Shown here piece by piece: positions 1-9,559 of a stretch of 25,503 bases of DNA. Origin of the DNA: a candidate division WOR-3 bacterium (GTDB lineage: Bacteria > Hydrothermota > UBA3072 > B12-G15). Under the pieces are notes generated by a model. It did no database searches. It worked only from the letters and a program-made list of their open reading frames with translations, and was not told the DNA's origin. The stretch spans positions 1-25,503 of the forward strand of contig CBFGJG010000030.1 in assembly GCA_965649055.1 (NCBI GenBank). Direction: 5' to 3'. A program made the position numbers and the translations under genes. Each line of letters opens with the position of its first letter. Within the stretch, counting starts at the first letter, position 1.

Positions 1-19
1 CTACCTTGTGTGTTAGCAT
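1..19 (-). CDS. 5' end of a divergently transcribed gene (MLTHKV...), truncated by the window edge; product unknown
   Basis: Minus-strand ATG at 19-17 with AGGTGG (complement of ccacct, 25-30) 5 nt upstream; frame open to the edge. Only 6 codons are visible. Confidence 0.45.
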
Positions 20-62
20 ATATACCACCTATAATAATTGATGAGATTTATGATAAAATTTT

Positions 63-90
63 TAGACAAAACTTAAATGTTAATTATAAT
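63..90 (+). promoter_or_regulatory. possible sigma70-type promoter (upstream promoter)
   Basis: TAGACA (63-68), 16-bp spacer, TATAAT (85-90). The AT-rich background lowers specificity. Confidence 0.35.
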
Positions 91-191
91 AAATTGTACC
101 ACCATGTCCCTGATCTTCCCGAATATTAAATAGTTGAATAGCTCCTTTTTTTTAGTTTTAGAGAAATAAAATATTTTAATCTATAAAATGT

Positions 192-220
192 TTGACATTT
201 ATTATTTATAATACTATAAA
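192..220 (+). promoter_or_regulatory. sigma70-type promoter of the sbcD/sbcC-like pair, probably giving a leaderless mRNA
   Basis: TTGACA (192-197), 17 bp, TATAAA (215-220); ATG at 227 is 6 nt downstream; no Shine-Dalgarno. Confidence 0.65.
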
Positions 221-226
221 TTATTT

Positions 227-1273
227 ATGCAGATTGGAATCACAGCTGATTTACATTTAAGGGAAAATAATATCGAAAGATTTAATGCATTCAAATCTAT
301 TTTAAATACTTTAAGGTATAAAGGAATAAAAAATTTAATAGTTGCAGGTGACCTTTTTGATAAAGAAACATTGGATTATTCCTTATTTGAAAAGATATGT
401 TATGATTTCAAGGATATCGAAATATTATTATTACCGGGTAATCATGATGAAAATATTGAACAGCGGTTTTTTACAACAAAAAATATTAGAGTTCTAAAAA
501 AAATAACAATGCTGAATTTTGATAATGTTTATCTTTTGCTCGTTCCCTACATATCAAAAAGCTCAATGGATGAAGAGATAACAAGGTTTTTTATGGATAA
601 TGAAGTTCCGTCAAACTGGATTTTGATAGGTCATGGTGATTACCTGACATCAAAAAGGGCTGAAAATAAATACGAAAGAGGCTTTTATATGACATTAACA
701 AGCAATATAATTGATAGGTTTTTCCCTAAATTAGTTCTTCTCGGTCATATTCACAAACCTGATAGATATGGAAAGGTTATCTATACAGGTTCACCTGTTG
801 GTATAGATTTTACTGAGACAGGGAAAAGGAGATTCCTGATACTAAATACTGAAAAAATGGATGTAGAGTATGAATATGTAAAAACAGATATTATTTATTT
901 TTCAGAGGAGATACTTGTGACACCAATAAACGAGATTGAAAATGTAAAGAATAAATTGGATACTATGATTAAGAATTGGAATTTAGAGGAAAATGAAATG
1001 AATAAAGTAAAGTTGAAACTTAAAGTTTACGGATTTTCTTATGAAAGGAATATATTAAAAGATGAAATATTGAAGCATCTTTCATTAAAAAATATTATTT
1101 TTAACGAGGAAGATCTTGAATTCAATGTAAATGTTGTAAAAGAAGATGTTAGATTTTATCTACTTGAGAAATTTTTAAATGTAGTGGAAGAATTCGAAAT
1201 AAATAAAATATGCTCATTTGCTGATAAAAATGATATAATTGAAGCAGGTATGGAAACAATATTTGGTGAATAG
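227..1273 (+). CDS. Mre11/SbcD/YhaO-like metallophosphoesterase (DNA repair exonuclease subunit)
   Basis: Calcineurin-like motifs in order: ADLH, GDLFD, GNHD, GHG, LGHIH, followed by YTGSP...DFTETG; abuts a Rad50-like ATPase gene. Confidence 0.88.
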   Translation: MQIGITADLHLRENNIERFNAFKSILNTLRYKGIKNLIVAGDLFDKETLDYSLFEKICYDFKDIEILLLPGNHDENIEQRFFTTKNIRVLKKITMLNFDNVYLLLVPYISKSSMDEEITRFFMDNEVPSNWILIGHGDYLTSKRAENKYERGFYMTLTSNIIDRFFPKLVLLGHIHKPDRYGKVIYTGSPVGIDFTETGKRRFLILNTEKMDVEYEYVKTDIIYFSEEILVTPINEIENVKNKLDTMIKNWNLEENEMNKVKLKLKVYGFSYERNILKDEILKHLSLKNIIFNEEDLEFNVNVVKEDVRFYLLEKFLNVVEEFEINKICSFADKNDIIEAGMETIFGE

Positions 1274-3880
1274 ATGGGAATAAGAATTAAAAAGGTAAGT
1301 TTAAAAAATTGTGGTCCTGTTGACAAATTTATAGAAGATTTTAAGGATTTGAATATTATTTATGGTTTGAATGAATCGGGAAAATCTTTTATTGTAGAAT
1401 TTTTGTTAAAATCACTATTTAAAACTTTTAAAGATTGGGGTTATTTAAGGGAAGATATTGGTGAAGGTAGTGTAGAGGTGGAAATAGATAATAATGTGAT
1501 TGTATTCAGACCAAAAAGTATTAATAAACTTGATGACTTATTCCTAAATAAAAAGGGTCTACCAACACTTCTATCGAAACTTTTAGTCGTGAAATCCGGG
1601 GAAGTTGAATTTGTAGGAAACGAAAATTGTATTGATAAGGAATTTGTTAAAAATATACTCTCACAAGGAAAAACTCTAAGTGACATAGAGAAGAAGATAC
1701 CAAAGACAATAATAGATGTGGAAATTGGAGAAGATTTTTATGATATAAAAAGAAGTGGGGAAGGAGGGAAATTTCTCAAATTAAAAGAAAAATACGATAT
1801 AATTCAAGATATCTTGGATAGGAAAGTTCAAGAATACAGAATTTCCGGGTTTACAGAGCTTAAAATAAAAGAGGCAAAAATTTTAAAAGATATTGAGATG
1901 ATGAAAGATGCAAAGAGATACCAGGCATTCTTAACTAATGAAGAGGTAAAAAAACTTAGTGAAGAAGTTTCAAAATATCCAGATGATAAGGTGGATTTAA
2001 TAAAGGAATTGTTAGATGAACTAAGAAATAAAAATAGGGATTTAAATAATAAGGAAGAAGAATTAAAAGTGATAATGCAGAAGACAAAAAAGCTTGAAGA
2101 ACTTAAAATCAAGAAGGAAAAGATGCTAAAAGCAAAGGGATTCATTGCTTTTAAATATTCAAAAGAGATTGAGAAAAGAAAAAAAGAGATGGAAAAGATA
2201 CCTGAAGAAATGATAAATAGATTAGAATTACAGATAATTGATATAAAAAAGAAAGAGAATGAGTTAGAGAGAATGAATAAAACAATAGAGGAATTGAACA
2301 ATAAGACAAAAGAATTTGTCTGGTTAAAGTCTGCAAAGGAGAATTATCTTAAATTTTCGGAAGTGAAGTCTTATTTTAATTATCTAAACATTATATTCAC
2401 AGGTATGGGTTTGGCCTTTTTGACAATGGTCTTTTTCTTCAAGAGTGATTTTTTTGTTTTATTCTCAATCCTTTTTATTATTTTAGGTTTAGTAATTGAT
2501 ATCTTTAAAGAAGTAAAAACAGGGAAAGATTTATTGAAAAGGAGAGAGATTAATTTAATAAGAGAAGAATTTAAAGAAAAATTTGGCAAAGAAATTAAAG
2601 GTATTACTTCTTTTGATTCAGAAATAGAAAATTTAACTGAAGATTATAATAAAATAAAAGTGTATAAAGAGAAAAAAATGGAAGCTGAGATTGAACTTGA
2701 GATGTTAAGAAGTAATATAAAAAAAGAGCTTAAAGATATACCTTTAGAAAAAGCGGAAGAATATGTAAATGGTTTAAAACTTTCAAGGAAAAAATTGGCT
2801 GATGAGATAGCTCATTTTGAAAAACTAATTTCTTCTCTTAATATTAAAGAGACAGATTTTAGTTCTGAAGCCCCGGAGATAGAGTATAATCACGAGTTAT
2901 ATGCGGAGTTGGAAAAAGATTTATCATACTTTGAAAAAAAGAGTGAAGAAGCAATAATACTTGATGAGGAAATAAAAAGAATAAGAGAACAGATTTCTTT
3001 ATTAATTAATAAAATAAAAAGCATATTCAAAGAGATGGATTTAATTGTTAATGATGATAAGGATTTTGAATACTATTATAATAATATAAGGAAAACCATT
3101 GAAGAAAAAAAGAGGAAGATTGTTGAACTCGAAACAATCTTCGATACTTTTGGGATACATGAGAAGGATTTTATTAAAGAAGACCCCGGGATTAAGTTTT
3201 CACAAAAAGAGATGGATAGGCTTGAAAAAGAGAAAGAGAATATAAGAAATGAATTAGATAAACTCAAGAATAAATTACAGGAGATAAAATCAGAAATTAT
3301 TAAAATTACTGAAGATGAGATAACAACAGATATGGATAAATTACTGGAAAATTTATTTAAAAAGAGAGACGAAGTATATATGGAATTAAAGAAAAAAGAG
3401 GGACAGATAATTGGGAATAGATTGCTCTTTAAGGCGATTGAAATTTTAAAGAAAGAAGAAGACGAAAAGATTCTTGAAGCACTGAATTCAAAAGAGATAA
3501 AGGATACAATATTTAGTATAACCAAGAAATATAATAAACTCTTGATAGAAGGTAATAATATAAAGATTTCCAATGATACTGAGGAATATTATGTGAAAGA
3601 TTTAAGCACAGGCGCAAAAGAACAGGTGATGCTTGGCTTAAGGGTTGGTTTTATAAAAAAAATCCTTGGTAGAGATAATATCTTTCTTATACTTGACGAT
3701 GCATTTCAACATTCAGACTATAATAAAAGACCTGTCTTAATAGATACTTTAATAAAATTGTCTATGGATGGATGGCAGGTTATTTATCTAACAATGGACG
3801 ATAATATAAAAGATGAATTTTTAAAAAATATTGAATTGAATAAAATAGAGAATTTTAAATTTATAAATCTAAAGATTTGA
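1274..3880 (+). CDS. Rad50/SbcC/SbcE(YhaN)-like SMC-type ABC ATPase with long coiled coil and central transmembrane hairpin
   Basis: N-terminal Walker A GLNESGKS; C-terminal signature LSTGAKEQ, Walker B/D-loop LILDDAFQHSD and QVIYLT; K/E-rich coiled coil; two hydrophobic segments at about 2381-2505. Confidence 0.85.
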   Translation: MGIRIKKVSLKNCGPVDKFIEDFKDLNIIYGLNESGKSFIVEFLLKSLFKTFKDWGYLREDIGEGSVEVEIDNNVIVFRPKSINKLDDLFLNKKGLPTLLSKLLVVKSGEVEFVGNENCIDKEFVKNILSQGKTLSDIEKKIPKTIIDVEIGEDFYDIKRSGEGGKFLKLKEKYDIIQDILDRKVQEYRISGFTELKIKEAKILKDIEMMKDAKRYQAFLTNEEVKKLSEEVSKYPDDKVDLIKELLDELRNKNRDLNNKEEELKVIMQKTKKLEELKIKKEKMLKAKGFIAFKYSKEIEKRKKEMEKIPEEMINRLELQIIDIKKKENELERMNKTIEELNNKTKEFVWLKSAKENYLKFSEVKSYFNYLNIIFTGMGLAFLTMVFFFKSDFFVLFSILFIILGLVIDIFKEVKTGKDLLKRREINLIREEFKEKFGKEIKGITSFDSEIENLTEDYNKIKVYKEKKMEAEIELEMLRSNIKKELKDIPLEKAEEYVNGLKLSRKKLADEIAHFEKLISSLNIKETDFSSEAPEIEYNHELYAELEKDLSYFEKKSEEAIILDEEIKRIREQISLLINKIKSIFKEMDLIVNDDKDFEYYYNNIRKTIEEKKRKIVELETIFDTFGIHEKDFIKEDPGIKFSQKEMDRLEKEKENIRNELDKLKNKLQEIKSEIIKITEDEITTDMDKLLENLFKKRDEVYMELKKKEGQIIGNRLLFKAIEILKKEEDEKILEALNSKEIKDTIFSITKKYNKLLIEGNNIKISNDTEEYYVKDLSTGAKEQVMLGLRVGFIKKILGRDNIFLILDDAFQHSDYNKRPVLIDTLIKLSMDGWQVIYLTMDDNIKDEFLKNIELNKIENFKFINLKI

Positions 3881-3931
3881 ATATCTAAATCTTGTATACA
3901 AGCCTGATTGCTCTAATAATATCAGAAAAAT

Positions 3932-3956
3932 GTTGAAAGTTTATGGCTGACCCTAA
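3932..3956 (+). repeat. dispersed 25-bp intergenic repeat, copy 1 (GTTGAAAGTTTATGGCTGACCCTAA)
   Basis: 23/25 identical to 20052-20076; first 13 nt identical to 19259-19271. Confidence 0.85.
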
Positions 3957-3971
3957 TCTTTTAATTTTAAC

Positions 3972-3999
3972 TTGATTTTATAATTTATATTTGTATATT
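3972..3999 (+). promoter_or_regulatory. possible sigma70-type promoter of the tilS operon (leaderless-like)
   Basis: TTGATT (3972-3977), 16 bp, TATATT (3994-3999); GTG start at 4005 is 5 nt later with no SD. Confidence 0.35.
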
Positions 4000-4004
4000 T
4001 TAGT

Positions 4005-5324
4005 GTGATTGAAAGACTTAAAAAATACATAAATGAGACTGTTTTAATTGAAAAAAATAAAAAATATTTATTATCTTTTTCAGGCGGTCCTGATTCGGTT
4101 TTCCTTTCATATGTTCTTGATATTCTTGGGTTTAAATACGATTTTTTCTATATAAATCATGGGTTAAGGGATGATTCTGATAATGAAGAGGAATTCGTTA
4201 AGGAATTCTCGCGAAAAATGAAAAAGAATATTATTGTTGAAAGATTTAATGTAAAAAGATTTTGCAAAGAGAATAAATTAAGCATTGAAGAGGGTGCAAG
4301 GGTAATAAGAAGGCAGAAATTGATGGAGGCTTTTGTAAAAGGTTCATATAATGGTATTTTACTTGCCCATACACTTGATGACCTTATTGAAAACTTCTTT
4401 ATAAGGATGTTTCGTGGGAGTGGATTGGGTTTGCCAGGTATGAGTGCTAAGGACGGGATTTTTATTAGACCGATAATTATCTTCAGAAAATCAGAGATTG
4501 TCAGATTCCTTAAAGAGAATGGTATAAAATATTATGAAGACCCGTCAAATCTGGATAAGAAATTTTTAAGAAATAGGATTAGATTGGAACTTGTTCCATT
4601 GGTTGAAAAAATATCTCCAACAGGGATAAAGGGAATATTGAAAACCATTCAGAATATTGAAGATATGAAGTTAGCGTTTTCAGGTATTTTGGAAAATATC
4701 GAAGTGAGAAAGTATCTTACTCATTTAGAATTTGATAGCAGTAAAATAATAAATCTCCCTGAAACATTAAAGTTTATTTTTCTTAAAAATGCACTTTCTC
4801 TTTTCTCGGGAGAACTTGAACTGAAAAAGGAACATATTAAGAAATTAAATAAAAAATTAGAACTTAAGAATTTTATAGTTGAAATAAATGAAAATTATGG
4901 TATAATACAAAAGAAGATAAAACTTGAAGAAAGGAAATTAAAAATACCTGATAATTTTATTTTTGGCGATTTTTACTTTGAAATTGAAACAAAAGATAAA
5001 TTTGATTGTTTAAAATATAATGATAAGGATTATGAAGTAAATTGTTTTGATAGTTTATACATTAAAGAGCCGTTAATAATAAGAACGAGAAATAAAGGTG
5101 ATAAAATGATTAAATTCGGAAAGACTAAAGAAGAAAAGATAAAAGATTTCTTTATAGATAAAAAAATTCCTAAGATTTTGCGGGATTACTGGCCTTTAGT
5201 CTGCGATAAAAATGGAATAATATTAATTCCTTTTGTCGCAAGGTCGGAAATAGCGAGAATAACAGATAAAACAAGGAAAGTTTTAGTTATAAAATGCAGG
5301 AGGATTGAAAATGGATGGACCTAA
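4005..5324 (+). CDS. tilS: tRNA(Ile)-lysidine synthetase
   Basis: PP-loop SGGPDS, NHGLR, AHTLDD, EDPSN, RNRIR; C-terminal TilS_C region (IRTRNKGD...[12 protein letters not shown]...RDYWPLV); directly upstream of ftsH. Confidence 0.95.
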   Translation: MIERLKKYINETVLIEKNKKYLLSFSGGPDSVFLSYVLDILGFKYDFFYINHGLRDDSDNEEEFVKEFSRKMKKNIIVERFNVKRFCKENKLSIEEGARVIRRQKLMEAFVKGSYNGILLAHTLDDLIENFFIRMFRGSGLGLPGMSAKDGIFIRPIIIFRKSEIVRFLKENGIKYYEDPSNLDKKFLRNRIRLELVPLVEKISPTGIKGILKTIQNIEDMKLAFSGILENIEVRKYLTHLEFDSSKIINLPETLKFIFLKNALSLFSGELELKKEHIKKLNKKLELKNFIVEINENYGIIQKKIKLEERKLKIPDNFIFGDFYFEIETKDKFDCLKYNDKDYEVNCFDSLYIKEPLIIRTRNKGDKMIKFGKTKEEKIKDFFIDKKIPKILRDYWPLVCDKNGIILIPFVARSEIARITDKTRKVLVIKCRRIENGWT

Positions 5325-7104
5325 AGATGAAAGAATGAGAATACTTAGGATTATATTTATATGGATTGCATTGATAGGTGTAGTCTATTTTTTAGTAAAC
5401 TATCTTTACAAAGAAAAACCAGTTAATCTAAGTTTCACTGAATTCTTAAATTATGTAGATGATGGGAAAGTTAAAAGTGTAGTGTTTAACGATACACAGG
5501 TTTCAGGCGAATTATCAGATGGTAAAAAATTTGTCCTTCAACTCCCATTTCCTGACCCTGAACTACCAAGAAAACTTTCAGAGAAAGGTGTAGATGTTGT
5601 TGCGAAAGTAAGGTTGAATATTTTTAATTTCCTGGTTCAGGTGATACCTGCAGTTTTAATATTTATATTTTTCCTTATGATAATTAGACAATTCCAATCA
5701 GGACCAAATCAGGCATTCTCATTTGGTAAAAGCAGGGCGAAACTTGTTTCACCTTCAAAAGAGAGAATAACCTTTAAAGATGTCGCAGGTGTCGAGGAAG
5801 CAAAAGAGGAATTGAAGGAGGTTGTAGAATTCTTGAAACATCCTGACAGATATATTAAACTTGGTGCAAGGATACCTAAAGGGGTTATACTTGTTGGACC
5901 ACCGGGCTGTGGAAAGACGTTGCTTGCAAAGGCAGTTGCCGGTGAGGCAAATGTTCCTTTCTTTTCAATATCCGGTTCTGATTTTGTCGAGATGTTTGTT
6001 GGTGTTGGTGCTGCAAGGGTGAGAGACTTATTTGATACCGCAAAAAGGCATAGTCCTTGCATTATATTCATAGATGAGATAGATGCAGTCGGAAGGGTAA
6101 GGGGTGCAGGTATTGGTGGAGGACACGATGAAAGGGAGCAGACACTTAACGCATTACTTGTTGAGATGGATGGATTTGAGACAAATCAGGGAATAATAGT
6201 TCTTGCTGCAACAAACAGACCGGATATTCTTGATTATGCACTTTTAAGACCTGGAAGATTTGACAGAAGGGTGGTGATAGACCTTCCGGATGTGAAAGGA
6301 AGATACGAAATTTTGAAAGTCCATACAAGGGGAATACCTTTGTCCAAAGATGTTGACCTTGAGATTATAGCAAGGACAACACCTGGTTTTACAGGTGCTG
6401 ATATCCAGAATCTTACAAATGAAGCAGCACTGATTGCTGCAAGAAAGAAGAAAAAGAAAGTAACTATGGAAGATATAGAAGAGGCAAAGGATAAGATTTT
6501 AATGGGTGTTGAAAGAAAGAGTATGCTTTTGAGGGAAGATGAAAAAAAACTTATATCTTATCATGAAGCAGGACATACTATTGTATCATTTTTTACCCCT
6601 AATACAGACCCTATTCATAAAGTAACAATTATCCCGAGAGGATTTGCACTCGGAACAACACAGCAACTTCCACTTGATGATAGAAGAACATATTCAAAGG
6701 ATTATCTAATATCACAGCTTAGAACATTGATGGGCGGAAGGAGTGCAGAGGAGATTGTGTTTGGCTCAATATCAACCGGTGCCGGTAATGATATTGAAAG
6801 GGCAACAAGTATATCAAGAAGAATGGTATGTGAATGGGGAATGAGTGAGAAGCTTGGTCCGATATCTTTCGGTTGTGTTGACGATGATGGTTATTTCGGC
6901 AGGGATTTTTTCTCCGGCAGGGAATATTCTGAAGAGACAGCGCGTATTATAGATAGTGAGATTATGAGATTCGTTAATGAAGCATATGAGTATTCAAAGA
7001 AACTGCTTACTGAAAAAATAGATTTACTCCATAAACTTGCAGAAGAACTTTTAAAGAATGAAACATTATCAGGTGAAGAGGTCAAAAGGATTCTGACACA
7101 ATGA
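5311..7104 (+). CDS. ftsH: ATP-dependent zinc metalloprotease FtsH
   Basis: Two N-terminal TM segments, Walker A GPPGCGKT, Walker [27 protein letters not shown] zinc motif. Start placed at ATG 5311, 7 nt after AGGAGG (5298-5303), not TTG 5305. Confidence 0.97.
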   Translation: MDGPKDERMRILRIIFIWIALIGVVYFLVNYLYKEKPVNLSFTEFLNYVDDGKVKSVVFNDTQVSGELSDGKKFVLQLPFPDPELPRKLSEKGVDVVAKVRLNIFNFLVQVIPAVLIFIFFLMIIRQFQSGPNQAFSFGKSRAKLVSPSKERITFKDVAGVEEAKEELKEVVEFLKHPDRYIKLGARIPKGVILVGPPGCGKTLLAKAVAGEANVPFFSISGSDFVEMFVGVGAARVRDLFDTAKRHSPCIIFIDEIDAVGRVRGAGIGGGHDEREQTLNALLVEMDGFETNQGIIVLAATNRPDILDYALLRPGRFDRRVVIDLPDVKGRYEILKVHTRGIPLSKDVDLEIIARTTPGFTGADIQNLTNEAALIAARKKKKKVTMEDIEEAKDKILMGVERKSMLLREDEKKLISYHEAGHTIVSFFTPNTDPIHKVTIIPRGFALGTTQQLPLDDRRTYSKDYLISQLRTLMGGRSAEEIVFGSISTGAGNDIERATSISRRMVCEWGMSEKLGPISFGCVDDDGYFGRDFFSGREYSEETARIIDSEIMRFVNEAYEYSKKLLTEKIDLLHKLAEELLKNETLSGEEVKRILTQ

Positions 7105-7679
7105 AGAAAAAGATAGATACCAGGAAGATAGAAAAGGCAATAAAAGATATAATAATAGCGATAGAAGAAAATCCGGAAAGGGATGGTCTTAAAGATACAC
7201 CTAAAAGGGTTGCAAAACTTTATCAGGAATTATTCAAGGGTTTATATATTGACCCAAAAAAAACAATAAAAGTTTATAAGGAAAAAAAATATGATGAGAT
7301 AATAATTATTAAAGATGTTCCTTTTTACAGTATTTGTGAACATCACTTTTTGCCTTTCTTTGGTAAAGTCCATATTGCCTATATACCAAAGGATAATAAA
7401 ATAACTGGTTTTTCAAACATAATTGAATTTATAGATATTGCATCAAGAAAACCACAGATACAGGAAAGATTCACGCAGGAAATAGCAGATGTGATGATGG
7501 ACGTAATAAATCCCCTTGGAGTTCTTGTTATTGTAGAAGCAAGACAGTTATGTCTTGAAATGCAGGGCTTACAGAAATCAGGGACGATTACCACAACATC
7601 TGCAATACGCGGTGCATTTAAAAAAGAACCAACAAGACTTGAGGCACTTACCCTTATAATGGCAAATGATAAGAATTAA
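7101..7679 (+). CDS. folE: GTP cyclohydrolase I family protein (divergent active site)
   Basis: [20 protein letters not shown] and the third Zn-ligand Cys; located between ftsH and folP. Several conserved basic residues are substituted (see findings). Confidence 0.88.
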   Translation: MKKKIDTRKIEKAIKDIIIAIEENPERDGLKDTPKRVAKLYQELFKGLYIDPKKTIKVYKEKKYDEIIIIKDVPFYSICEHHFLPFFGKVHIAYIPKDNKITGFSNIIEFIDIASRKPQIQERFTQEIADVMMDVINPLGVLVIVEARQLCLEMQGLQKSGTITTTSAIRGAFKKEPTRLEALTLIMANDKN

Positions 7680-8835
7680 AGAATTTTATTCAAAAGAAGA
7701 CATAATAGAACAATTACAGAAGATAGGTGTGGACAAAGAAGTTGAAAATCTTCTATGTGATAAAATGAGGTTTTATACATTCCTTATAGAAGATATTACA
7801 CCAGCAATGGGAAATATAATAAAACAATCTGCACTTTCAAGGGGAACAGATGCAGCAATGAATAGGCTTGTTATAAAAGGAAAACCTGACTCTTCAGATA
7901 TTCTTATTGGTGGAACAAAAAGGGAATTCGAAAATATCTATAAAATTATGCAGGAACAGCCATTTAAACTTAAAAATATTTTCAAAGAAATAATAGAAAT
8001 CATAGATTTATTAGAAGGAAAGAAGAAAACAAAGATAATGGGAATATTGAATGTTACACCGGATTCTTTTTATGATGGTGGTAAATATGTTGATACAAAG
8101 AGTGCAATATTAAGAGGTATAGAGATGTTTAAAGAGGGGGCAGAAATAATTGATGTTGGAGGTGAGTCATCAAGACCGGGTTCGGAACCTGTTGATGAAG
8201 AAACTGAAAAGAAAAGGGTTATTCCCGTTGTAGATGCACTTGCAAAAGAGGGAATAACTATCTCTATCGATACATATAAATCAAATGTTGCAGAAGAATG
8301 TATTAAAAGAGGTGCAAAGATAATTAATGATATTTCTGGTATGAGATTTGATGAGAATATGGTTAAAGTTGTAAGGGATTATGATGTGAAGATTGTTATT
8401 ATGCATATGAAAGGAAAACCAAAGGATATGCAGGATAATCCATTCTATGAAGATGTGATGGAAGAAATACTTGATTTTTTTTCTGAAAGGATAGAGTTTG
8501 CAGAGAAAAATAATATTAAAGGTGAAAATATAATAGTGGACCCAGGTATTGGTTTTGGTAAGAGGGTTATAGATAACATTGAGATATTAAGAAATCTAAA
8601 AGAATTTCATTCTTTGAAAAAACCAATACTCCTTGGTGCATCAAGAAAATCTTTTATTGGTAAATTAACAGGTGCTGATAAAGAAGAGAGGCTTCCCGGT
8701 TCTTTACTCGCAGTATTTTTGGGATTAAAATCAAGTATTGATTACGTAAGGGTCCATGATGTAAAAGAGACAAAACAGGTTATTGACTTATATTATAAAA
8801 TAATGGAGAAAGATGATACAATTCACAATAATTGA
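7666..8835 (+). CDS. folP: dihydropteroate synthase with ~120-aa N-terminal extension
   Basis: MGILNVTPDSFYDGG, DVGGESSRPG, SIDT, IND, DPGIGFGK, GASRKSF and RVHDV all intact. Confidence 0.95.
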   Translation: MIRIKEFYSKEDIIEQLQKIGVDKEVENLLCDKMRFYTFLIEDITPAMGNIIKQSALSRGTDAAMNRLVIKGKPDSSDILIGGTKREFENIYKIMQEQPFKLKNIFKEIIEIIDLLEGKKKTKIMGILNVTPDSFYDGGKYVDTKSAILRGIEMFKEGAEIIDVGGESSRPGSEPVDEETEKKRVIPVVDALAKEGITISIDTYKSNVAEECIKRGAKIINDISGMRFDENMVKVVRDYDVKIVIMHMKGKPKDMQDNPFYEDVMEEILDFFSERIEFAEKNNIKGENIIVDPGIGFGKRVIDNIEILRNLKEFHSLKKPILLGASRKSFIGKLTGADKEERLPGSLLAVFLGLKSSIDYVRVHDVKETKQVIDLYYKIMEKDDTIHNN

Positions 8836-9559
8836 TTTTATTGACATATTGATTGTTGCTTCCCTTATTTATTTCTTCCTTCAATTCTTTAAAGGGACGA
8901 AGGCAATATTAACACTTACAGGTGTTTTAATATTATTTGTTTTATGGATGATAGGTAGTATATTTGACCTTAAAACACTAAAATTTGTATCAGGTGGACT
9001 CGGTAATATATGGATAATAGTTTTTGTTATTCTTTTCCAGAATGAGATAAGAAAGGCATTGCTTTCCCTTGGTTCTAAAGGTTTTTCAAGATTTATATTT
9101 ATTGAAGAGAGGGAGAAACTTGCAAAGGAAATCTCAGATGCAGCAAAAATCCTTTCTGATAAAAGGATCGGTGCTCTTATGGCCATAGAAAGGAACAACA
9201 CACTTGACCAGTATATCGAAAGGGGAATAAAGATGGAGGCTTCGGTTGACGCAAACCTTCTTGTTTCAATCTTTTCTCCTTATTCACCACTTCATGATGG
9301 TGGAGTTATAATAAGAGGGACTTCAATAGTTGGAGCAAAATCAATATTTCCGTTATCTAAAAATCCTAATCTGAGTCCATCCTTCGGAACAAGACACCTT
9401 GCAGCGATAGGTATCACTGAAGAAACAGATTGTATATGTGTTGTTGTATCAGAGGAAACGGGTTTCATTTCATTATGTTCAGGTGGTAATGTGGAAAGAA
9501 ATATTGAACCTGAAAAACTGAAGACAAAAATAATAAACGCAATACATAAAGGAGGATAA
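8813..9559 (+). CDS. cdaA: membrane-bound diadenylate cyclase CdaA/DacA (c-di-AMP synthase)
   Basis: Three N-terminal TM helices, VILFQNEIR, GALMAIER, SPLHDGGVII, GTRHLAAIGITE, VVSEETG. Confidence 0.9.
   Translation: MIQFTIIDFIDILIVASLIYFFLQFFKGTKAILTLTGVLILFVLWMIGSIFDLKTLKFVSGGLGNIWIIVFVILFQNEIRKALLSLGSKGFSRFIFIEEREKLAKEISDAAKILSDKRIGALMAIERNNTLDQYIERGIKMEASVDANLLVSIFSPYSPLHDGGVIIRGTSIVGAKSIFPLSKNPNLSPSFGTRHLAAIGITEETDCICVVVSEETGFISLCSGGNVERNIEPEKLKTKIINAIHKGG

Noticed and set aside
133..139. GTTGAAT upstream of the sbcD-like gene as a fourth copy of the junction repeat
   Set aside because: Only 6 nt match, as expected by chance in AT-rich DNA.
97..153. Possible small RNA or 9-codon leader peptide (ATG 104, MSLIFPNIK) ending at the T-run 146-153
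   Set aside because: No stable hairpin precedes the T-run, there is no SD, and no riboswitch or ncRNA motif is recognisable.
227..3880. Assignment to Wadjet, Lamassu or another named SMC-based defence system
   Set aside because: Only two genes are present, with no JetA/B/D or LmuA/LmuC-like partners in view; the partner is an Mre11-type phosphoesterase.
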